A stretch of DNA of 60,200 nt, counting the filler, from Circinaria calcarea (lineage: Eukaryota): assembly GCA_051942165.1 (NCBI GenBank). It is 9 parts of 9 records of this genome, joined end to end, with 100 filler letters (N's around TTAATTAATTAA, not from the genome) between each part and the next. Parts side by side here need not be neighbours in the genome. Positions count along the whole stretch, not along the records: positions 1 to 6,609 come from JAVECS010001538.1; positions 6,710 to 13,314 come from JAVECS010001539.1; 7 more parts are not named here. One strand, written 5' to 3'. Below the pieces are notes generated by a model. The model saw only the letters and a list, made by a program, of their open reading frames with translations. It was not told the DNA's origin and ran no database searches. Positions 1-12,136 of the stretch are shown in pieces. A program made the translations under genes and the position numbers. Numbering within the stretch: the stretch's first letter is position 1; each line of letters starts with the position of its first letter.

Positions 1-869
1 CTTTTTGGTTGGTTTCTTCAGCTCGTCGTCGCCTATACGGTTATTGATATCCCCAGCGTCATCACTTCCGACCTTGGGCAGCCTTGGGCAGCGTATCTAC
101 TTCAGGTGATGCCCCAGAAAACTGCTCTTGCCATCCTCGCCCTTACGATCATGGGCGCATTTTCTATGGGCCAGGGCTGCATGGTGGCTGCCTCCCGGGT
201 CACCTTTGCCTACGCTCGTGATGGTTGCTTTCCCTGCTCCTGGTGGATCAAGCGTGTCGATCGGCATACACAGACTCCTGTCAATGCAGTCTGGTTCAAT
301 ACGGCCATTGGCATTTGCATGACTCTATTGATATTTGGTGGTACTGTTGCAATTGGCGCCATCTTTTCCATTGGGGCTGTTGCTGCTTTCGTTGCATTCG
401 CCATCCCTATCTTCATTCGAGTTTTCTTCGTGGGAGATAGGTTCAGACCTGGACCATGGAATCTGGGAAGGTTCAGTATCCCTATTGGAGTCATTGCCTG
501 TGCGTTTGTGCTTGTCATGATGCCCGTACTGTGCTTGCCCAGTCTTACAGGCGCAAACCTTGAGTACGTCCTCATTCTAATGTTCTTCAGATACAAATTT
601 ACTGACCAAGACTCGCTAGCCCATCGACGATGAATTGGACATGTCTCGTATACGGGACGCCCATGCTATGTGCCGTGGTGTGGTGGGTTTTAAGCGCACG
701 CCACTGGTTCAAGGGGCCGAAAGTCAACATCGAGCATCAGATGCTTGGAAAGGAGGAAAATATTGTGTATGGCAAAGATAGGAGTGACAAGAGTGGAGGG
801 TCAAGCGCCAATAGTCTCACTAAGGACATGCGCGATCTATCCGATCGGAAAGCTGCAGATTTGGCTTGA
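1..869 (+). CDS. APC-family amino acid/GABA/choline permease, 3' part (5' end outside window)
   Basis: Motifs ASRVTFAYARDG, TPVNAVW, FRPGPWNLGRFS and MNWTCLVYG..W...ARHWFKGP. Intron 564..619 (GTACGT..CTGAC..TAG) joins the ORFs at 106-633 and 630-869 as NLD|PSTMNW. Confidence 0.92.
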
Positions 870-1052
870 TCAAAGGGCTCTCATTGTACAGTTGCAACTC
901 TGCATAGCCATAGGACGGTCCATCGTACCCTTTCTATTTCATATACATAAATGTATTCATTGTTCCAAATTGAAAAGCATCAAGGGTATCCTGGATTAGG
1001 GTCTGACCTGAGATCCAGTTTGACAGCGGCTTCTTTCCCCATGCCCGAAAAT

Positions 1053-1069
1053 CCTAACCCTAACCCTAA
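1053..1069 (+). repeat. Short interstitial telomere-like repeat, about 3 x CCCTAA
   Basis: CCTAACCCTAACCCTAA read directly in the sequence. Confidence 0.6.
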
Positions 1070-1796
1070 GATGTTTTGCTCAGGTGGCTCCCATGGCCAA
1101 GCCCCTTGAGCACCCTGAGCATCGCATGCTCAGACGGTTCTAATGCCAAGCTCTCTGAGCATTCTGAGCATCGGCGGTGTAGTTCCCCCCGCCTCCGGTG
1201 TCACACATGTCAGAAGTATGGCGTAACGCCCATAATATTGCATTATTACTAGCCACGAGATCAGCCTATTCTTGACGATAAGTCGTTTTTCGCCCCTACG
1301 TCCTGCTGTGAAAAGAGCCTGTTTCCTTCCTTCGACAGCAGGTATATTTACACTTCGTGCCTAGGCATTTTGGGTCGACGTAACCTCTATAGAAAAGGGA
1401 CTTGTATGATGAGTTATAGTTCGAGCATCTTTGGAGCGTATAGGCAAAGTAGCTTCAGTTCTAAATAGTAAGAGAATATAGTTAAAGGAATACTTTTTCA
1501 GTTACTGATCGGTTGTCCAAAACGAATCGCTTTGAGTACGTGATTCCATGGGCAAATTATACTCCAGTAAGGAGTTTACTATTCGAAACTACTATGTATT
1601 TCGCGAAGCCTATGCCAATTATCTAATCTAGGTGCTAATAGTTCTAATAATTCTACCAAACGTCCTTATATACATACTTTATAAATTATGGCTCCCTCTA
1701 TTTTAGGTATTCTAACATAGGACTCTCAACCGAGATTCCTTTCTCTGTGATTAAACTCAACCCATCTCCATAAAAGGTTATTCATCTCAGATTCAT

Positions 1797-4414
1797 TTAT
1801 TTTACCTCACCGCCCTCTTTCTTCCCAATCCTATTCAATCCCATCGGAAATGCGAGGAAGAAAGTTGCGGCGGAAGCCGCTGCCACCAAATAGAAGTTAT
1901 CATTAATACCCCGCTGATAAGCCTTGACAATGCCAGGAAGGTCTTGTGGGTCCACCACTTGACGAATTGCAGCTGCACCAGCCTCCTGAACGGTATGCAC
2001 CTGAACGTGAAGTATGGAAGTCAGTATTGTTCTTATTTAACTTGAAGTGTTAATATGATCTTGGGTGAGTCTGATTGTACAGAGAGAGAGACGAAGCTAT
2101 GAGACATGGATTTTTGCTATACATACACTGACTGTTGGTGCATATTTAGCCAAACTAGTTACAAGACTGTGACTGAAGATTGCCTGGGCGAAAGCGAGGA
2201 AGATTGATCCCCCCAGGGTCTGGGAAAAGACTACGAGGGCAATGCCTAGAGGTTGACGAGTCAGCATATATAGAGTCATTGGCAAATTCTCGACCGAATA
2301 GCTAATGGTGGAAACCTCAAATTCTTGAAACGACGTCGCACAATGTTCTGATCGAGCATATCAAAAGCTCGTAGCAATGTTTGGATCTGAATTTGCCGGG
2401 AGCTTTCGAATATGCTCAACAGCGCTGAAGTTCTCGTCTCTGACTTATATGGCAGCGCCTGTGCTTTATGGTCACCTACCAATCGGATTTTGTTGGGGCG
2501 GCAGAATGTTTTGGACCGCAACAATGGGCTACATTAATAGATTAGTACAAAGACTGTTTGAACAAGTTCTCACAAGGGCGACTTACCATTTGAATGCCAA
2601 ATCCACGTCCAATACCCAATAGTATCTGGTAGCCTATCCACTTGGAAGAGGGCGTACTTGGATTTAGCATTGATAGTAAGCCGCCGCCGATAGCAACAAG
2701 TATCCCGCTACCTATGCTGAAAGGAAAGTAATAGTGTATCTTGCCCGCTACGATGATATTAGTGTCATCATAATAGCATCGACTTCCAAACTCACCCATA
2801 ACGCCTGACAGGGCTGCGGCAATCATCTGGCTCAGGATGCTTGGTAGCATGTATACGCCACTTAACGAAGGAGAAACTCCTCTTACGGCTTGGAAATATA
2901 TCGGCATGTAGTATGTGAAGGTCATTACTGCACCAAGGAAGAAGGCCGCATAAATACAGCCGGACCAGACCACTCGATGGCGGACGACTGAGACGGGGAA
3001 CATGGCGTTGTCACCCACATGGTACTCCCAGATTACGAAAGGTATCAATGTAGCACCCGCTCCACAGAAGAGCCCGATAATTGTCGGACTGTTCCATGGG
3101 TGTTCCGCCCCACCCCACTGAAGAGCCATGAGCAGCATAACTGTTGCAGGCGCGAATATTAGGAATCCTGCAATGTCGAGTTTCTTTGCGAGACCGAGAA
3201 TGGTGAGACGAGTAGCGTTATGGGTACGATCAATTCGATCGGGTATTTTGATTAGGAGGAGGAAGAGGGCGGCCACGCCACCTATTGGTAAGTTGAGGTA
3301 AAAGCCTAAAAAATTAGTACTATTGTATGTCATATTGATGTAAGGAACATACACCATCTCCAAGTTGAGTATTGCGTCAAGGCCCCTCCGAGCAATGGAG
3401 CAATAACTATACCAATCTGTGATATTGATATCACAATCCCCAGCATCGCCGGCCGTTTCTCCATAGGAACAGCAGCTCCGATAATTGTCAATGCTCCATT
3501 TGTTAAACCAGATCCTCCCATCCCGGCTACTGCCCGGCCAATTATGAGCATGGCAGAAGAACGGGCAGCGCCGCATAGAACCGAACCTAGTTCGAAGACG
3601 GCTAGGAAACACAAGAACGAGTACTATGAAAAGTTAGCAAAATCCGAAACAATAACAGTTTCCCCAAAACAGTCTTAGGCTAGAAAAATACCGAAACTTC
3701 GAACAGCCGACGGTATTGAGGGCTTGGAACACTTGATAACATCACCTATGAATATGAAGGGAAACACTAACTCAACGTTCAACAAGTTATAGACGTGTCA
3801 ACAGGATTCCAAGCCCATATATCCATTTGAATTGCTTGAGGTCTTAGCGACGCATAGAGTCGTCAAGCAGCTATGGGAATTATTAAATTGGACCAATTGA
3901 CTGACCTTGGAGCTGAATTGAGAATACATTTTACCTGCGAGCGGCTGAATAGCACAACTAATCTTGCAGTTAGTCAAGCAAGCGCTGAGATTTGAAGCCT
4001 GAATTTACATTGAGAGTAGGTATGCATTACCATACCATCCAACATCAGTCAAGGCATGAAAATCACTAGTGATTTTTGGAATGGCCTAGACATGAGTTAG
4101 CACACCCTAAATGCAATAGTGCAGCTCCGGTATCCCGCATTTGTGCGAAATGGCTCAAGACCCCGAAACATCCAGTTATTCTCACAGATTGAACTCACGG
4201 TGACGATGATGCTCTCATCTAACATCATGAGGAACACAGTAAGCGTGACCGATATTAACACGAGCCAGAGCTTCACGCCGGTAATATATTCATACTCAGG
4301 TGCAGGTTGCCCGGGATCGGTCAAGGTTGAAGAATCTAGTTGCTTCTCAGGATCGACTTCCACCACTACCTCATTTTGTGGATGACTCCCTTCAACCTTT
4401 TCTGTTTTCGTCAT
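1797..4414 (-). CDS. MFS drug:H+ antiporter (DHA2/14-TMS, toxin-efflux type), multi-exon
   Basis: Spliced motifs FLMMLDESIIVT|AIPKITSDFH..DVGWYGNAYLL, QPLAGKMYSQF, FELGSVLCGAA..MLIIGRAVAGMGGSG, TWRW|FYLNLPIGG, YYMPIYFQAVRG and FSQTLGGSIFL. Introns include 4086..4198, 3624..3905 and 2246..2479. Confidence 0.93.
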
Positions 4415-4634
4415 TCTTGTTTGGTCGTGCAGGTAAAAGTAAGGAGCGAGAAAACCTCATCTCTGCCAGGTATCGAACAAGACCTCACGGGCGGCGTATC
4501 GACTTGATGGGGAGTGACGTGGACCAATCAGTGAACGGAGTTGCCTTATCAGCAGGCCATTGGATCACTTAATGCAGTCAGAGCCCATAGGGGTGGTTGT
4601 TCCTAACTATAATACGGTCAAGGATCTGCCATAG

Positions 4635-4734
4635 TAACTACCTCTTCTCCTTTATAACTACCCTTTCTCCTTTATAACTACCTCTTCTCCTTTATAACTA
4701 CCCCTTCTCTTTTATAACTACCCCTTCTCCTTTA
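4635..4734 (+). repeat. 20-bp minisatellite, 5 copies (TAACTACCYYTTCTCYTTTA)
   Basis: Five consecutive near-identical 20-nt units are visible. Confidence 0.95.
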
Positions 4735-4792
4735 CGTTTATTTCAGTCAACTCTAAATTCCTTCCCAAGACTCTAACACCCACTCACACCAG

Positions 4793-5257
4793 CCTCCAAC
4801 AAGTTATCTCCAAAACCCTTCGCATCCACTCCACCTGCTCCCTTGGCCTCCCGCGTGTCGTTCCTCCCGGTCCTCCCATCATCATCGCTTCGCACTCCTT
4901 CCCTCCAGAAACTGTCCTCTCCGTGCCGACTTACACCATCCACCACTCTTTTGATATCCTCCCGACGCCGACAGCTTCAATCCTTCACGCTGGCCACCCG
5001 ACCGATTAACAGAGAAGCAGAAACAGGCTTTCATTCCTTTTAGTACGGGGCCGCGGGCTTGCGTGGGACGGAACGTGGCGGAGATGGAGTTGGCGCTGAT
5101 TGTGGCGATAGTAGTGAGAGGGTGGGAATGGACGCTTAGGGAGGAGGATATGAAAGGGGGAGGGTTCGTGGATGGAGAAGGGGGCTTGGCGACAAGAGAG
5201 GGGTTTCTGCCGAAGCCGTTAAGGTGCTTGGTCGGGATGAGAATGAGGCAGAGGTAA
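4793..5257 (+). pseudogene. CYP53 (benzoate 4-monooxygenase-like) P450 3' exon, frameshifted and lacking upstream exons
   Basis: Translation KTLRIHSTCSLGLPRVVPPG..TVLSVPTYTIHHS, then a frame change near 4957, then PDADSFNPSRW..AFIPFSTGPRACVGRNVAEMEL..TREGFLPKPL. The ExxR motif reads KxxR. It is preceded by a CTAAC..CAG acceptor, but no upstream exons fit before the MFS start. Confidence 0.85.
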
Positions 5258-6609
5258 GAGAACTGGGGCGATCTTTAGCACTTTGGCCTTTGGTATTTGA
5301 AGCCCTTTCGACCCACTCATCTATTCCAGAGTTTGATGAAGGATTAATGAGGGAAAGGGGTCCGAAGCGATTAGATAAGCGCGACACCTTTACGAGTTAG
5401 GCTAGATGATTTATCGCTCAGATACATCTACCATCCATCCTCCGTCTTGCTACTCCAACTCATCTCTAACACAGGCATCATACCTTAGCCACAAACCAAT
5501 CGTCAGTTCATCTTGGGGAGCCTCAACCCCATACTCACGCCCCTCCCACTTCGCCCATTTCGTGATACTCCATCTGAGACATCCGCCCTAACGCAGGCAC
5601 GCGCACCTGGCACGATCTCCGATCATGCAATATCTCTCTCCCATCTCCGCCCCCATCTTGTCCTCTCTCAACATCGTCCTCTCCTTCATGCTTCTTATCA
5701 CTCGCACAGACTCTGGAAGAGTAACGCCCTTTGTCCAACGGAAAAGGTGTCGGGTGAGTCCTTTGGTTACAATGTGACACCGGAACCTGATGTTCATGTC
5801 GCCCACGTCTGTCTCGGATTTCCTAGAATGGAAGAGTGAAAGAAGGCCTTTGTCCAGATCTGGGGGGACCTCTTGCGAGCGATGCTTGTCTGGCTTCCGG
5901 TCCTGTTTCTCTCGCACGAGTAACAAAAGTCGTTACTTATCATCACTGAAGCTGTTGTCTTGATGGCTGACACCCGTGCCTTGTACCCACCCTTTCTCCC
6001 TGTGCACTACAGAATTTCACACAAGGCATGTCTCAAAAATCATATGGGAACAATAGGGAAACCATGTTGCTCCTTTATACACACGCACGCACGATGCGCA
6101 TTTTCCTTTGCAAGTGACCATTCCATGTCTGACACTGATTCAACGCTGAGATTGACTCGGATGCTGGAAGCGTGATGTTTATGATCATTTTTGGCATTCT
6201 ACAAAAATGACCACATCGCGCGTGCTTTCTTTTCCGCCCCATCACCATCATCATCGCCCTCGCCTCCGCCCTTCGCCCTCATCCGCGCCCGTTCTATCTT
6301 TACTTTCAATCTAGAGCTTGAGTTCTCCTCATCCGTCGCCCTTTTCTTTCTAGTTTCGCGCCTTTTTTGCCTGAAGATACTATACAAGCTCCATACCGTC
6401 ATTGCCTTCCCCTTCGCATCTCCACTTCCAAAACTCCACAAGCCCCATCGCCATCCGCCATCCGCCTCCATCTCACCTCATCTCAACTCTAATCCTCCCA
6501 GGTCGTCTATACGCATAAGCAAAAAAGATGTGTCTCCCTTACCTCATAATCGAAGAGCTCTCCCCGCGGAAACCCAAACCTAAACAAAAATGTCCCCCCT
6601 GTCCCCCTC

Positions 6610-6709
6610 NNNNNNNNNNNNNNNNNNNNNNNNNNNNNNNNNNNNNNNNNNNNTTAATTAATTAANNNNNNNNNNNNNNNNNNNNNNNNNNNNNNNNNNN
6701 NNNNNNNNN
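6610..6709. other. Artificial contig spacer (N44-TTAATTAATTAA-N44)
   Basis: Identical 100-nt linker with stops in all six frames, recurring about every 6.7 kb. Confidence 0.99.
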
Positions 6710-7820
6710 TCTCCTTCACCTTCTCTACCCTTCCGCTTCCTGCCCTTTTGGCTAGCCAAAGCTTTAGCCTCTACCGCCTCTTCCGCTTCCAAGATATCCT
6801 TCTCATCAACCCATAACTCACTTGCAAGCCAAACCGGCAAGGCCATTGTATTCGGTCCCTTGATATGTAATGCCCGTATATTTCTCCAACCCTTTGGCAC
6901 GTATTTCTCCACCATCCCATTGACCACTGCCTCGATATTCTCCGTCAGCTGAGCAGCCGTAAAGCTCGATGAGCCCACATGAACGGATAGCGTTGCACTA
7001 GGCGATAGGTTAATCTGTGCGCATCTAGTTGTCTTTTCTATCTCGTGTGCAATTTGAGTTGGTGAGGCGACTGGCTTTGCGTTCGCATCGTTTGGCGACT
7101 TTAATCTCTTTGGGGTGGTGCCTCTCTGCCTATACGACCCAGCACTGAACGGAATAGGACGCTTCGTTCCTTTGTAAAATATCTTTCCCAGTGACTTGGG
7201 AAGCTCGGTAACTATCCGATCGTCCGCCAGAAAGATATCATGTTCGCTAATGAGTTGTCGTCTGCTTTCGTAGCTGTTGTACCTAGCTTTTAGTTTCGAA
7301 AGTCCTATAATGCGCTGAATGCGAGATTTCAGAGAAGGGGGGAATGAGGGATGCGCGATGGTGTCTTTCATAGATCGTTGGGGGTCGGCGGTGATTAGGC
7401 AGATTGATGTGTGGGGAGAGTCATATAGGGAATGTGGTAGCGAGATCTTTCCGGGTTTCAGTCGTCTCTTGTCAATAATATGTTTCTGCATGTGGGGTCA
7501 CTATTATGCCTAAAGACCATCTGGGAACCCCTGTACCTTCATAGTGAAGCACAGCCAAACAGGCTCATTTGCGGTTCCGGCAGCATCATCCGAACTGTCA
7601 CTGCCGGCTGCCAAAAGATTCTTCGTCGTCGAAGCTGCTTCTTTGCGTTTCGTTTCGGACTGGATATGTTTCAAGAGTGCGGTTGAAGCCTTCAACGTCT
7701 AGGTTATTTTCAGCTTCAAGCGGTCCACACTTGAGGGGGAAAGCCCACTTGCGGTCTATCCAATTGATAAGGCGATTCAGATTGAGGCTCACTCGTCAGA
7801 GCGTTATCAGCCGGTGCCAT
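6710..7820 (-). CDS. Ribosomal protein L1-domain nucleolar protein (UTP30/CIC1/RSL1D1-like), 3' truncated
   Basis: Spliced as MAPADN..PYQLDRPQ|TLKASTALLKH..EPVWLCFTMK|KHIIDKRRLKPGKISLPH. Motifs ICLITADPQR, DIFLADDRI..LPKSLGKIFYK and GWRNIRALHIKGP..ALPVW. Confidence 0.9.
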
Positions 7821-7939
7821 GATACTTGATAGTGATGGTAAAGTTTCCAGTATTCACAATGCACACTTGACATCTGGAGGTTGATATTTTCTGTTGTTCA
7901 GGGTCCAAGGATTAGATCGGCGACCTCAGATCCCGACAG

Positions 7940-7948
7940 GCTAAGCCC
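7940..7948. promoter_or_regulatory. Candidate ribosome-biogenesis promoter motif GCTAAGCCC
   Basis: Lies about 120 bp upstream of the UTP30-like ATG. The same 9-mer lies about 130 bp upstream of NOC2 on another contig. Confidence 0.4.
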
Positions 7949-8603
7949 AAAGTGTCCCTAGCTAGGGCAAGCTCACAACCGAGGTGAATCCGCCCCATCA
8001 TAACCTCTAATTATTGGACTATCAAGCTATGAACAATCTCCTCCCTAAGATACGCACAAACTTCCAGTACTCTGTTCCCGCGGAGGCTCACGGGTCCAGC
8101 TTTATATATGAGTGATATAAAGTCTCACCTTTCTCCAAAATCAGGAAATGTTCTATGCTTTACATGCTCACTTTGGACCACAACTATCCGAGGTTAACTA
8201 TCAACTGTCAAGCGGAAGAGCAAGTTGAGGCGTTATTAATCTACGGTTCTCCCATGTCACCGCTGGACTATGTGGATACTCGACGCGTACCTAGATTGAG
8301 AATACTTTGTATCTGGCGAGAGGGCACTAGCCTTGATGGGGGGGATGTCCAAGGAAGCTGATATCAGGGAACTAAGCACTACTATGTATATTCAGCTAAA
8401 TCAGACCAATGACACGTTTACGCTGGACCTATACAAAATAAAAGGCGTGGAAGACAATATAGTGAGGACGCCTGAGCATTGCTACCTACTCCGTGTGGTG
8501 TACAAGATAAGTTTCATGACGTCTTTCGCCTATCGTACAGGGTCCCTAGCACGAACCGGGCCGAAATATGGACGGAGATAATCCGGCGCTAGTAGTTCCG
8601 TAA

Positions 8604-8609
8604 ACGCGT
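8604..8609. promoter_or_regulatory. MCB element (ACGCGT) upstream of the Tos4-like gene
   Basis: Exact ACGCGT at 8604 and 8283, plus CGCGT at about 8714. TOS4 is an established G1/S (MBF) target in yeasts. Confidence 0.55.
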
Positions 8610-8924
8610 AGGTAAACCTACTTAGTCCTAACACGCCCAAATTTGTGCTCTTGTGCACATTCACCCATTCCTTGTAATGAGTTATCACAAAAAGGTGTTG
8701 GATAAAGCGTGACCGCGTTCGTGACCGCTCTTATTTCAGGTCTCCAACTCTCAGCCTTCTCCGTGCTGCAACATCCAAATCCCCAACTCTACCCCCGATC
8801 CCCAAGAACACTTGATATGGTCCTTGGTCTCTAACACTGAAAGGGAACGAGTATCTGCTATCTGCTTGTGTGTATTGACCCCGCCGAAAAGGTGCCCTGC
8901 TCGCGTTGATCTTCCCCGAGGCAT

Positions 8925-10536
8925 ATGGCGGGCACAATGACTTCGTCGCCATGCAAGACGAGGACCTATGTGTCACCAGTTGCGGGCGTCAAACGTCCTG
9001 CACCTGCTCCCTCGCTGCTCCCCGCCTTTGAGGCATCTTCCTCGTCACCTACCCTACCCCGACCCGTTAAACGTATTGCTCTCGAATCTCCAACACATGG
9101 CACCGACATCCGGAAATACCCCACGCCAGTTCCGACCTCTTCAACTGGTGTTATGTCCTCCTCTCCGCCTCAATTGCTCTTCCCACGTCGTCCATGTTTT
9201 CAACGTACTGTCTCGACCCTGTCGGAACGAGTTCCGTTGTCGACCGTACCCATAATTGAATTAGATGAAGGTGGAGAACCAACACTCATGGGTCGCTCCA
9301 GCAATTCGTCTCACTATCAACTCTCTACCCACAAGATGATCTCTCGAGTCCATGTGCGACTTGTCTATGTGGCTGGTCAACCTCCTAGCACGGGTGAAGT
9401 AACAATTGAGTGCACGGGATGGAATGGGATTAAGGTTCATACTCAGACAAAAGTATTCGAGCTTGCAAAGGGTGATATCTTCACAAACGATGTGGTGGGT
9501 ACAGACATCATGATCGATGTGCAAGATGCTCGAGTAATTGTGCCCTGGCCGAAGTCGGGCAGGAAACTTTCTACTCCAGACACCGAGTCGTCCTTCGATA
9601 GCGAGAATTCTCCTCGTCAGGCGCTTTCTGCTGCGCGCCGTCAGTCTCCATTCTCGAGTCCTCTCAAACAACATGCGCGGTTGCAGTCACCTGTATCGCC
9701 TTCTCCTGCTGTTCGAAATTCTTTTGCAGCTTCGTCCTCCCTCCTTACGCCAGATCACCCGTCAGATGGCCCTGTTCAAATCTATGAAGATATCCTCTCT
9801 GATGACGATGGTCAGGGGAAGCCCACTCTTGCAGAAGAAGCAACACAGTCGACACAGTATCTTTCACAACCCCTAGACACTACTATTGAAGCGTCTCAGC
9901 TTACCGGATCAAGCGATGCAAACGAATTTTCTGACCAAGATGAAGAAAATGATCCGATCATACATTCTTTCGGTCCCTCCGGTAGTAATCTCCTACCACG
10001 TATGGCACAGATCACAGCTGGCGATAGTCCAGTACGTCGTCGTCGTCTTAGTACGCTAAGGGAGACAACTGCCTCGCCTCAACGCCCTGCCCAACCTAGA
10101 TTGACTGAAGAGAGTGAGATTAACCCGGTTGTGAACCATGTGGTGAATCAACTCGCATTTTCTCGTCTATCGTCTACACCCCTCTCAACCTTAGTCGGTA
10201 ACCTACCGACTTCTCTTAAATGCGACATTCTAGGATTAGGGGAAAACCATCAGTCGAGCATGGAGGCATTGAAGTTACTTCTACGTGAGACTCCATGCAT
10301 TGGTGAGGTAAGCCGCGAAGGAAAGGATGCGGCAGGGCGGCGGTTGGAGAGTGAGTACCACTACATGGCACACTTAGATTCAGATGAAGGAAGACGGGAC
10401 GCAGTGGAGGACCTGAAAAAGCCAGGTTTGAGGGCATGTCGGAAACAACACAAGGTTGGCATATTTTGTTGACCAGACGACTTGATATTAGTAGCTGACA
10501 TGGTGGCAGCAATACTACTGGAGAAAGCCAAAATGA
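8925..10536 (+). CDS. TOS4: Tos4/Plm2-like FHA-domain protein
   Basis: KYPTPVPTSSTG..SSSPP; FHA core MGRSSNSSHYQLS..ISRVHV..GWNG; NHVVNQLAFSRLSSTPLS; IGEVSREGKDAAG..LESEYHY. Intron 10455..10509 gives C-terminal RACRKQHK|QYYWRKPK*. Confidence 0.88.
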
Positions 10537-12136
10537 GGCAGCAAACCCAATTGAGTCGAACCAAATTGAAATCTCATAGTGTGTTGGGGCTAGGAAGATG
10601 TGGATAGGTGTTTGTGTTTGGCATGTCTTGTCTTTTTTGCACCATACCCTTCGCCATGCTTATTCATCCCAACGACTGCATAGCGGGGTGAATTCACATT
10701 GGTTTTCACGAGATTACCACATTACGAGTTAGTTAGTGTCACGCAATGCTTCCAAAACGGAAATGTCTATGAGACTTGTTGTACGAGGATTTGATGTGTC
10801 AGATGGAGGTCATCAGTGCGATGGTCTGTTATCTTGCATCGCCTTGAGGTACTTGGTTCTGTCACCAGATAGTATGAGACTTGTCTTGTTTTACATAGCG
10901 GGAGCATGCTTGCTCCAATTGAGTCGGCAGATTTTAGTTTACTTGCACCTTGGAAAAACTCAGAGACTCATCACACTATTTCTTCCTGTTCCTATGCTCT
11001 AGTTCCCTTGGTCCAAACCTTGACTTTCCAACTGCGTTCTAACCATGATGAATACCTGATGTTAGTCGACTGCCCGCCATCGAATGTCTCTAATAGTGCT
11101 CAAGTTCCCGGTGGATAGATTACAATTCCCTATTTTAGAACTTCGTCAGGGGTATCTTCAGCAGAGCAACCGAGCCCTCGGTACGGCGAAACTATTCACC
11201 GTAGACTCGTCCGTGGGTACGCTAGTGTGTAGTAGCGCGGTCGGCCTCGAAACTTTTACCAACTTCCATTTCACTGCAGTAAATGATTTGGCTATAACCA
11301 GGTGCAGAGTACAAAATTCAGCGAGTCATGAAAAGGACTAACTTTATACACGCCATCTTTGGGATTAGCGTTACCTTACGCGCGTACTCGCCTGCTGTCA
11401 AGCATAATATACGCATACGACCTCGTCTTATTACTTTATACATGCTTGTATATATGAATATATACCTTTCCTATAACGAGCTCCTCAAACCTTATCAAAT
11501 TTACCAACGAGGCTCGTAGATTAAGGGGGTTCTCATTTTTTCACATACCGTAATCTCGGATAGTCTTCCAGCTATACCCAAGGTCCTCCTTACATCCCCA
11601 CTCGCCACAGGCGGGGTCAACTGTTACTTTTAGAGGTAGCCAGTCAATATCAAAACCCCAGATACCGGAATTATGGGTGGGGTTCAGTTAGATATATCAG
11701 TGATGGGGCCTCTTGCCGCATGCTTCCCAGAACCTCGTGTATATTATAAAGAATAACGAAACGTCCTCAGATATCCACGAAGTAGAGAATTACTTCCTAT
11801 TCATTCATTTACATAACTTGATAAGACATCCTTCTCCTTAAACTGCCGCAACTGTTATTAGACTTCTTTTGCGGAGCTTCTTTCACTTTTTATGATAGCC
11901 AAAAGGGAGCAGAGAGCCTTTGGGTAGAAAAAAGAATTTCTAGAGACTGGCACTTACCACCAACTAAGGTGTCCATAAGGTAAGGAAGAGCATATCCAAC
12001 TCTGCTATTACTGATAACTACTTGGGTGATGGCCGGTTTGAACTTTCAGACCCAGACATCAATGCGGCCCCTCCGTATGAAAATCTTCCAGACTCGGGAA
12101 AGTCGGATCTACTAATGCTTACGCCTGTGCTGGTGT

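Noticed and set aside
870..1796. Telomerase RNA with a TAACCCTAA template
   Set aside because: Only about 0.9 kb lies between two convergent genes, shorter than the roughly 2-kb filamentous-fungal TERs, and the tract is longer than a 1.5-repeat template.
6191..6583. ORFs on both strands near the end of contig 1
   Set aside because: Low complexity with no recognisable domain; could be a gene tail but unsupported.
6654..6665. Regularly spaced TTAATTAATTAA repeats as a CRISPR-like or biological array
   Set aside because: Always embedded in 44+44 Ns; an artificial six-frame-stop linker.
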